Shown piece after piece: positions 54,433 to 64,000 of a stretch of DNA of 64,000 bases; within the stretch, counting starts at the first letter, position 1; each line of letters starts with the position of its first letter. The notes under the pieces were generated by a model. It had not been told where the DNA came from. It was given only the letters and a program-made list of their open reading frames with translations, and made no database searches. The position numbers and the translations under genes are program-made. The stretch is from Octopus vulgaris. Its lineage: Eukaryota. The stretch covers positions 49,352,001 through 49,416,000 of the forward strand of contig OX597824.1 in assembly GCA_951406725.2 (NCBI GenBank), in the 5' to 3' direction.

Positions 54433-56197
54433 TATATAATAAACATGGCCTGACAGCTCCCGTGATGGATAATACGGAATATAAATGCTTTATTATATTG
54501 TAACAAGTTCTCATTTGAGGATTTCTGCTGATGAAAAATACCTTCTATCTCGCTAAAATATGGCGGAAAAAATATTAATAGATCATTGATAGGAAGAATA
54601 TACTCTCAGTAAATGTGTTGGATCAATTTCTAGCCTAGTTATATGGTCATAAATTTCAGTTTTTCTGATTTATTTTTTCTTTTTAAATAAAACTATTCCG
54701 ATTCTACATAAATCATTAAAGTTAAGACAACTGCTCTATGCCAAACTTTAACATACATGATGTAAATATGTATTTCATCATTGTTATCAGCATTTAACTT
54801 CCATTTTCTATGCTGGCATGGGTTGGACAATTTGACAGGAGCTGCAGTAGTCTCCATTATCTGTTTTGGCGTGGTTTCTATTGCTTGATACCCTTCCTAA
54901 CGCCGAGCGCTTTACAATGTATACTGGGTACGTGTGTATGTATCTAAGCTGTCTAAGTGTTCATAAGTCGAGGGAAATGAGCTCGTATATCTGTCAGTAG
55001 AGTGGGTATATTAATCGAAATTTACAGTATATATATCCATAACGGCCGATCATACTAACCTTGTCGATTTGCAACAATAACGAACACAAATATATATACC
55101 ACAACCCCACTCCGCAAAGGCTATACATATAGTACCACTACACACAATCCACTTCCACAAGAACACCGACCTTAAATACGCACATATTTCCCCACAAACA
55201 CTTGCCGACTTGCAAGAAAAAAACCCTAGAGACGAGGTTTGGTACGAAGGGACATAACTCTTAACTTAATCCCCTGCTTCATTCGTTTCATCCTTCTCAC
55301 TGCAACCATAAACTGAATGTGTCTATTCACCTCCAACAATAGAGAGTAGTCGCTATATTTCGTTCCATAACGCTACCTTTGAAGAGTACAATGTTGCATA
55401 ATCAGACTATAACGTAGCACTCCGTTGAACCTCTAGTGTGAAACCAATTGGTAAGATCACTCGAAAAGGATATATAATTTTGTACACTTTGATTAATATA
55501 TACGTTTGTGTTACATATCTCTGCCAGTCACCTTCTTTCTGCATCTCCTCCTCCCATCCACCACACAGCTCTCAATCATTAACAATAAACTTATCACCTA
55601 TCATCCACAATGTCCTCATATATTTACTGCAACCCTGAGCCTCTCCAAGTTTTCCCTCCATTATTTGCTATAATCATCTCTATTGTACTCTCTCACCCAG
55701 TCCAAAATTCTGTACCACCTCCCCTATTCTCACTACCCACAAAGTCCTTCGAGGCTATGTCCCAACACATCTTCCTTATATCTCTCGCCTTATCTTACTT
55801 TCTAACCCACACTCATTTCCCTTCCAACTGGGTAATCCATTTATCTACAGCAAGACACCTATCTCTGTCCCTTTTTTATACTTTTAATCTCTCAACTGGC
55901 GCAAAGCCACCTCCAATACCTCTCCCCACTCCCAGCTGGAGGGTGTTTGCTTTTTATTTTATTTATTTTTTTGCTTTGCAAGGTACTTGGTGACCCTGTA
56001 AGTGCTGGTGCCACATCAAAAGTACATCCAGTACACTCTGTAAAGTGGTTGGCGTTACGAAGGGCATTCAGCTCTAGAAACCATTCCAAAGCAGACAATG
56101 GAGCCTGGTATGGCTCCCAGCCCTGCCAGCTCCTGTCAAACCATCCCACTCATGTCAGCATGGAAATTGGACATTAAATAAATAAATAAATATATAT

Positions 56198-56592
56198 GGA
56201 GTGGCTGTGTGGTAAGTAGCTTGCTAACCAACCACATGGTTCCGGGTTCAGTCCCACTGCGTGGCATCTTGGGCAAGTGTCTTCTGCTATAGCCCCGGGC
56301 CGACCAATGCCTTGTGAGTGGATTTGGTAGACGGAAACTGAAAGAAGCCTGTCGTATATATGTATATATATATGTGTGTTTGTTTGTGTGTCTGTGTTTG
56401 TTCCCCTATAATTGCTTGACAACCGATGCTGGTGTGTTTACGTCCCCGTCACTTAGCGATTCGGCAAAAAAGAGACCGATAGAATAAGTACTGGGCTTAC
56501 AAAGAATAAGTCCCGGGGTCGAGTTGCTCGATTAAAGGCGGTGCTCCAGCATGGCCGCAGTCAAATGACTGAAACAAGTAAAAGAGTAAAGA
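56198..56592 (+). mobile_element. tRNA-derived SINE, best-preserved copy of the most abundant family (others at about 2765, 3305-3670, 3720, 6600, 19270, 21735, 32055, 35373, 45125, 58600)
   Basis: A-box tggctgtgtggt, B-box ggttcagtccc, core cttgggcaagtgtcttct, internal microsatellite, and tail gactgaaacaagtaaaagagtaaagag. Confidence 0.9.
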
Positions 56593-56954
56593 GTATATAT
56601 ATATGTGTGTGTGTGTGTATAACGAGAAGTTGGGGTTATAAGAGATAATGGTGTCATTGAGACCCAAAGGTGTCAGGTAATGCTGAATAAATGCTATAGA
56701 CAGACCATTGTTAAGTTCCAGATTCGGTAATTTTGCGAATATGGGGTTCAACATTGGTTCTATGTCAGCATATGAATATAAGAATTTTTTGCGTAATGAG
56801 ATAAAATACCAAGGCTGTGTAGATATTAGAGCATTTATAGATAGAAGGTCTTACAGCTGTTTCCAGGACATTTATTTATTATATCCCTTCATCGGAGACA
56901 GTGTGAGAGGATGGTTAAATCATAGTTTAGATGTGATACAAAATAGAGAGTGAG

Positions 56955-57010
<56 letters not shown>

Positions 57011-58299
57011 CGAGGGGCGTTCAATAAGTAATGCCCCTGACCCACTTCCCATAGCAGTAGAGCAATGAAACTTGGCACAGTTATTAGTCTTTTTCTACAT
57101 AGGAACCACCCAGAGTTACGCATTTCTCCCATTGTTTGATGCATCTCTAGAGACCGTTTTTGTAGAAGACCCCAGCTTGGTTCTCCAACCTGAACATGAC
57201 TTCAGAAATCAAGGCTGCATCATCTGGGAAACGCTTTCCTTTCAAAAACAACTTCATGGCTGGGAAGAGGTGAAAATCAGAGGGTGCAAGGTCAGGAAAG
57301 TAGGGGGATGGGGGAGGAGTTCATAGCCGCACGCCTGTGCTTCTGATCTGGCGACAAGCGAGTTGTGGACCGGAGCGTTGTCCTGCAGGAGGAGGATGCC
57401 TTTGCTGATCTTGCCCCGCCTCTTAATTTTGATAACTTCTCTTAATTTCCTCAAAAGTGAAGCATAATAAGCTCCTGCAATTGTGGTACCCTTTGCCAGG
57501 AAATCTGTCATTACTACTCCGTCCTGGTCCCAGAAGACTGTGAGCATGACCTTGCCAGCGGAGGGCTGCACCCTTGCCTTCTTTGGAAGGGGTGAGTCAC
57601 GGTGCTTCCACTGCATTGACTGGGCTTTGGTCTCTGGATCATCGTGATGGACCCAGGTTTCATCCTGTGTAATCAGTCTTTTGAAATATTTTGACTCATC
57701 TTCTTGGCACATCTCCAAATTCACCCTCGAGCACTCGACGCGTTCTTGCTTCTGGAAAGGCGTGAGCAACTTGGGAATCCATCTGGCAGACACCTTTTGC
57801 ATATGCAAATGGTCATGAATGATAGTTTCCACAGACCCGGTACTAATCTTGACCTCATGGGCTATTTGGCGAATAATTATGCGTCGATCTTCCAAAATGG
57901 CAGCCTCAACTTGACGGACAGACGCCTCATCAATGGCAGAAGGGGCGACCAGATCTGGGAGCTGTTTCCACAGAGTTCCGACCATGTTTGAATTCACGAT
58001 GCCAGCGTTTTACAAGGTCATATGATGGGGCATCATCACCATAAGTTACTTTCATTTCATCAAAAGTCTCCCGTGGTGTGCGTCCTTTCAAATACAAAAA
58101 CCGGATCACTGCTCGACACTCAACAGGCTCCATTTCACACTTGACTCGGTTCAAACACCTGTAAATCAGAAACCACAATTAATTTCAGAGCTGTAATTTG
58201 CCACTTACTCTATAGAGATATGCACATGCACATGCAAAATTTCAGCTAGATCAAACAACTGCAAGTGGGTCAGAGGCATTACTTATTGAACGTCCCTCG
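57011..58299 (-). mobile_element. Near full-length mariner (DD34D) transposon with disrupted transposase
   Basis: About 37-bp TIRs (cgaggggcgttcaataagtaatgcccctgacccactt and its inverse) flanked by TA; transposase from 58133 (MEPVECRAVIRFL) with WIPKLL, TQDETW, QDNAPVH and YFPDLAPSDF; two frameshifts (about 57940 and 57310) and a late TAG. Confidence 0.96.
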
Positions 58300-58349
58300 T
58301 ATATATATATATATGTGTATGTATGCATACACACACGTGTGTGTGTATG

Positions 58350-58480
58350 CAGTTATGTATATGTCTGGTCATAGAGTGACCAATGATTTCACATCCATAA
58401 AAGGCTTAGCCTCATGGACAACTAACTCTTAATGGATGTGAAACCATTGGTCACTCTATGACCGGATATATACTTAACTG
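58350..58480. repeat. Long near-perfect palindrome (about 59-bp arms, 12-nt loop)
   Basis: cagttatgtatatgtctggtcatagagtgaccaatgatttcacatccat... pairs with ...atggatgtgaaaccattggtcactctatgaccggatatatacttaactg. Confidence 0.9.
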
Positions 58481-58909
58481 AATATACATTACTGCTCTTG
58501 GCTTTAAAGTATGCTTTTTTCCAGAATATACACTGACGATATGTGTGTGTGTGTACAGTATATATACACATACCTATATACATGTAGGTAGGTAGGTAGC
58601 AACCTTTTATCTTTTAACCCTTTTCAGTCATTAGACTGTGGGCATGCTGAAGTACTGCCATGAAGGGTTTAGTTGAACAAATCAATCCTAATATTTGTTA
58701 TTCTTTTAAGCCTGGTACTTATTCTATTGGACTCTTTTTTGCCGAACCACTGAGTCTTATGTATACGTGTTTGCGCACGCACTTGTGTGTTTGTGTTTGT
58801 CCCCCACCATCACTGGTTGGTTTGCTTACATTTCCATAACTTAGCATTTCAGCAAAAACTGACTGATAGAATAAGTACCAGGTTTTTAAAAAATACATAC
58901 ACATTTATA

Positions 58910-59740
58910 CACAGGATATGCAGGCTAAATTTGAGAGATTGCATTTAAGAAAAAGAAAACACAATATCCCATCCAAAAATAGAGGTATATTAAAATATCA
59001 AAATATATCAACTTGAGGCTGGGAGATAACAGTTTATTCAAAGTAGCCACCCACAGCTTCCATCATGGCCTAAAGATGGCTCAGGAACCTAGTGCATACG
59101 TTCCTCCCTGTGTCCCCGAGAAGATCTTCAAACACTTCCTTGATCTTGGCCACCAGCTCGGCCTTGGTATTGCAGACAGAATAGTTGGTTACTTTCTCGA
59201 TCATCCCTCACATAGCAATCCATCGGATTACCATTGGGGAATTAGGAGGCCAAAAATTGAGGCTGATGAAGTCGTAGAAATTCTCCGTTAACCACTTCTG
59301 ACTCTTTCTGTAGGCATTGTAAGGATCCGAATCATGCTGCCACGCATATAGCCTTCTAGCAGCAACCCTCTCCAACCAGTCTCCAACAGCTTCACATAGC
59401 CGTCTAAATTGAGCCTAAGTCCCTGTTCAAAGTTGTGGGGATGAAGTCCAGCATGCAGAAGGTTCAGAACGTCTGTAGTATTCCTTCCTACTGGCCACTG
59501 TTGGTCACATTTTAAAGCCTTTACGGTTCACAGAGCATTAAGCAGAAGTCATGACGCCAGCATTTTGATAGCTGCAACAAATCATCAAGATACAGGTAAC
59601 TCTTTTTCAAGATTCAGATGGCTTCTAGTTTTTCATGTCAGTTGACTTTCTCAGCTGCAACTTTAGTCTTTAGGCTTTCCAACGGACTGAAAAAAAGCAG
59701 ACATAAATAATGGTTAGATTTATCCCAAACACCTTGTATA
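58910..59740 (-). mobile_element. Tc1/maT-like DNA transposon remnant
   Basis: Minus-strand peptides GLRLNLDGYVKLLE, FYDFISLNFWPPNSP and AVGGYFE*; loosely inverted TA-flanked ends (tacacaggatatgcaggctaaatt and agatttatcccaaacaccttgtata). Confidence 0.65.
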
Positions 59741-60089
59741 TAGAAAGGTTTTACCGCAACTGTTTCCTATATAAGCAGGATGATTCAGCATCTCTCAGAA
59801 ATTCAAGAACCTCTACAAACATCTAAACCAGTGAAGAATAATGGGGTGACCAAAAGGGGGCAATGGATGTAAAAAAAAAAAGACAAAATAAAGCTTAAGT
59901 TTTATTTGTGAAATACTGTTGTTTTGAATTTGCTGCAGAAAATGGTCTATGTCTGTGACGGTGAATGGGTGGGGGTAATAGGAATGTGGGTTTAGAACCA
60001 AGGGAGCGGCAGCAAGAAAAAATTTGGGAACCACTAATCTAGACCAACCTTAATAACCTCCCTTTAAGTGAGGTTATTAAGGGGAGATA

Positions 60090-60173
60090 ACTTGTTAAAG
60101 CAGTTGCGCCATTTTTTGTTTTCTCTGTTACCGGTTAAATTAACTCACGCTTTATTTTCAAAATGTCGTAAGT
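60090..60173 (+). promoter_or_regulatory. Candidate first exon of an unidentified downstream gene (AAAATGTC|gtaagt)
   Basis: CpG-rich surroundings; GCGCCATTTT (YY1-like) followed by a pyrimidine tract; ATG at 60163 in AAAATG context; consensus donor at 60168. No second exon identified. Confidence 0.35.
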
Positions 60174-62404
60174 AATTTATATTTTTACATTCTTTTAAAA
60201 ATATTTTCTTGTTTTCAGTAATTAATGTAAAGTGAAACATATTTTCCTAAATTATATACGTCTAATTCTGATGTCACGTTAGACAAGCATGTGTAACACT
60301 ACGCTTCATCACATTTTTTAATCGTTTTACCCAGCTCTGCAACTATTATTCTTTAAATATTCTCTTGAATATAAATGTGCAACTGTTTATGCTGATCTGA
60401 AATTACCCTCAACACAGTTACACTTTATTTTTGTTTCTCTTTTTAATACAATGACATGTTTAATTTTTAGATGCCCTACCGACAAGCATCAAACTTTCTT
60501 TGTTAATCAAAAAATTACTTGTATTCGAAACATCGTCTATTCTTTAGCACATTTTTACACTATTTCATTTTAGGCGGCTAATGCAGATTTGTACCTCATC
60601 CTCTTTAGGGGGCTAATGCAGATTAATTAGGAACACGACATTTTTTTTTTGTTTTTCGGACTATTCATTATGTTCAAGACATGTTGGCAAAAGTAAAGAA
60701 TACGTACACCCGGTGTTTAAAGTTAGGGTCTTTGTTACGCCAAAAACGGGTGGTGTACGCATTCTGGGGCCCCATTCTGCATTTTTCAAGAAGTGCGAAA
60801 CTGCATTAGCCCTTGTATTCTTTACCTCCGCCGACGGAGCAGGTTGAGCGGCCATGTGAACGCTTCCAGTTTGACTTTTGGCCCCTCATGGTTTTTTTTT
60901 TTTTGTAATTGTGAAACCCATTAATTCATTATGTCATATTTTCGCATTTCTTTCATTAATGTTCGCATTAGCCCCAATGTTTCAATCTTATTGCGAGTTA
61001 ATATTGTAAATATAAGCAGAGGTGTCACGGCTCTCCGAAGCACTTCCGGTGAAAAATACCGTTCTGATGTTTCCAGAGGGAAACAGTTAATTCGGTAATT
61101 TTTACGTTATTTCCCCTTCAGATTTGATTCATATATTTTTATTTTATCGATTGGTCCAATTTTCATTTCTTTCCCCAAACGTGCTATCAAGATGTCTCGA
61201 ATTTCGCGGTCTAAAAAGTCAATAGTCCGATTCATTTTTGGTATAGCATGTGAGTCGTGCATGCGCAAATAAATTTCAACGCAATTCCAGCTTTCCAATC
61301 GTGACAATCTCGTCTTTTAATACCTAACTCTCTACTTAACCTTAAATTATAGCCATATCCAACCCCTAACCTATAATACATATAACATAAACTCTATAGA
61401 AAAAGTACTGCACGTGTTTTCAATAAATGTACAAATACTAAAATGAATCCGACCGTTACTAACTACTTTGTTCTAAACAGCATTAAGAAATATTTGACTT
61501 TTCAATAATTCTGATTCTAGAATGTGTTGTTCGTAGTAATTTTCCTTTCATAATAACATCCAATCTCCTTTAGTATCGCAAATAGAAACCTTATGGCTCT
61601 TAGTTGTTTACCATGTTATTGCTTATCTTCCGTTTTGTTTGCTGTTAAGCAGATGAGAAAAATACACCCGTCTCTTGCAGTAACTTTCCATGCTTGATGA
61701 ATTGAATTTGGAACTGCAAGCCGGTGAATCACTTGTCAGTTTTAAACTGTACACATCAATAAATTTTATCCATCATTTGTATCTATTTATAGCTTGGGAT
61801 GGGGTACTAAATCAACCGCTGAAGAATGTTAACCACAAACTTGAATCTAGCTACAAGCTACCAACGTGTTGACGATTGACGCCATACATACACGGAAACC
61901 TAAATTGATTTAAAAAAAAAAAAAGTACAGTGGTGACATATATGTTGTTTCCCTTCTCTACAGTGTGACATAGCAATGGGTGCCTTAAAATGAGTTGCAT
62001 CGACTCTTAATTTGTTTTATCTGTTGTTAATTTGGCAAGAATCTGCATTAATACAAATGTTAATGTGAATAGTTTTTCTTTTATCTACCAGCTTAAAAAA
62101 GATCAACATAATGTATCTATGACTGTATTATTCAATATTTGAAAATGAAAAGACGTGCTTAGGTTTACATGATCAGTACAGACCTGGAGCAAAACAACAG
62201 CAATCTGAAATTTGCTGACAACCTTGTAATTTTCGTTTAAAGCATTGAGGATACACAAAACTTACCTTTAACCCTTTTGATGCTGACCCACCGGAGACTG
62301 CTGGTTCTAAGACACAAACTAAATTAAATTGAATTGAGGTAAAATTAATTATCTAAATTAAAACCTTCCAACAAAATTTCTTAAATTATATCCCAAACAT
62401 CAGG

Positions 62405-63760
62405 TTGTCTACAAGGGAATCATACCCAGTTTTTGGTGTAGCAGCATTATAGACAACTGCTACAAAGGCAAAGGTGTTGCCTTAGACACAAATAATTATA
62501 GAGGCATCAAATTGCTGGACCAGGTGATGAAAGTTACAAGAAGGGTCATAGCTCGATTAATTAGGAACAAATTTAGCATAGATGAGATGCAGTTTTGATT
62601 TGTGTCGAGTAGGAGCACGACTAATGCTATATTCTTGGTTAGGCAATTGCAGGAGAAATATTTAGCCAAAAATAAAACTCTGTGCCTGGTTTTTGTTGAC
62701 CTGGAGAAAGTCTTTGACAGAGTCCCCTTGCTCCCATAATTGGTGGTCAATGCGGAAACTAGGGATAGATGAGTTGTTGGTGAGAGCTGTACAAGAATGT
62801 TATCACTAAGGTGAAGGTTGGCAACAAGTAAAGCGATGAATTCAGGGTACAAGTAGGGGTTCCCCAAGGATAAGTCCTCAGCCCTTTCTTGTTCATCATA
62901 GTACTCCAGGCAATAACAGAGGAATTTAAGAGGGGCTGCTCCTGGGAGCTCCTTTATGCTGATGATTTTGCTCTTATAGCTGAATCACTATCAGAACTAG
63001 AGAAGAAATTTCGAGTATGGAAGCAAGATCTAGAATTAAAGGGCAATAGGAAAATAAACAAATCACAAATCCCTTCAGGTAGATGGCCCTGCTTGATTTG
63101 AAGAAAAAGCATAGGTAGAAAATCTGAGATGTACCCAGTATAAGCTATGGACACATAAGAGGTGCAGCAATATCAGAGGAAGGTTAACAAGGAAAATAGT
63201 TTTTTGTGTGGAAGGTGCACAGGTACAATAAACAGTAAAAATGTACAGAAAATAGACTCCATCAAATGCCAGGTGGGAAAGCTAGTAATAGTTAATAGCT
63301 TCCATTATCTAGGTGACCAAGTCAGTAGCAGAGGTGGATGCTCCGAGAGTGTAGCTGCTAGAATAATAGGGCTGGGCAAAGTTCAAAGAGCTCCTACCTC
63401 TGTTGGTAACTAAGGGCCTCTCCCTAAGAGTGAAAGGCAGATTGTATGATGCCTGTGTGCAAACAGCTATGCTACACAGCATTGAAATGAGGGCTGTGAC
63501 CGCCGAGAACGTGTGTAGGCTTGAAAGAAATGAAACTAGTGTGTTTCATTGGATATGCAATGTCAGTAAGCATGTACGACTGTGTATAGAAGACCTATCA
63601 AGTCAAGTGAAATTGTAGTCATGTCCGATGCTGGTGTCACATAACTGGCACCTGTGCTGGTGGCATGTAAAAAGCATCCAGTCATAGAAATCATGCCAAA
63701 TCAGATTGGAACCTGATGTAGGCCTACAGCTTACCAATTTCAGTCATACCATCTAACCCA
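62405..63760 (+). mobile_element. RTE-clade LINE, decayed reverse transcriptase and 3' tail
   Basis: YKGKG..NYRGIKLLDQVMK, FVDLEKVFDRVP, ELLYADD, FHYLGD and KGRLYDACV, with stops and frameshifts. Confidence 0.9.
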
Positions 63761-64000
63761 TACCAGCATGGAAAGTAGACACTAAATGATGGCTGTATTA
63801 AATTCTTCATTATTCTTAAAATTAAGACATTATTTTCAAAATTAACTGAGGACATATGGCCTAGTGATTTGGGTGATCCACTCACGATCACAAGATTCCC
63901 AAACTGATGGTACATTTTATTCTTGACCAAAACACTTAATTTCACATTGTTGTAAATAGCTAACCTTGCAGTGGACTGCTATTTTGTTCAGGAAGAATGT

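Noticed and set aside
56198-56270. tRNA gene
   Set aside because: A and B boxes belong to a SINE head that continues into SINE body and tail; no complete cloverleaf.
59820-60036. hAT/Charlie-like MITE (tttgggaaccacta end)
   Set aside because: Only one convincing terminus was seen and no 8-bp TSD could be confirmed.

Overview
AT-rich, CpG-depleted, repeat-dense animal genomic DNA. The tRNA-head SINE families, RTE LINEs and (TA)n/(CA)n microsatellites suggest an octopus; this is an inference, not a search result. Two spliced genes can be assembled by eye. The first is the last four coding exons of a ZFAND3-like AN1 zinc-finger gene (+ strand, 17476-26386; N-terminal exons not found in the window). 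The second is a complete 144-aa ER FKBP-type peptidyl-prolyl isomerase (FKBP2/FKBP13-like, - strand, CDS 41253-48252, ending KEEL), with a probable non-coding first exon and CpG-rich promoter near 53 kb. A second CpG-rich stretch near 60.1 kb may be the start of a third gene. The rest is mostly mobile DNA: three mariners, one Tc1/maT-like remnant, a piggyBac derivative and related TTAA MITEs, a non-autonomous Helitron, a Gypsy LTR/gag remnant, RTE, Jockey-like and R4/Dong-like LINE fragments, and many SINEs. The most notable non-standard signals are minimal hammerhead-ribozyme-like motifs in FKBP2 introns, on its sense strand, and several long fold-back structures. I found no convincing new multi-gene system. 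Most ORFs in the supplied track are spurious or derived from transposons. Repeat boundaries are approximate unless termini are quoted.
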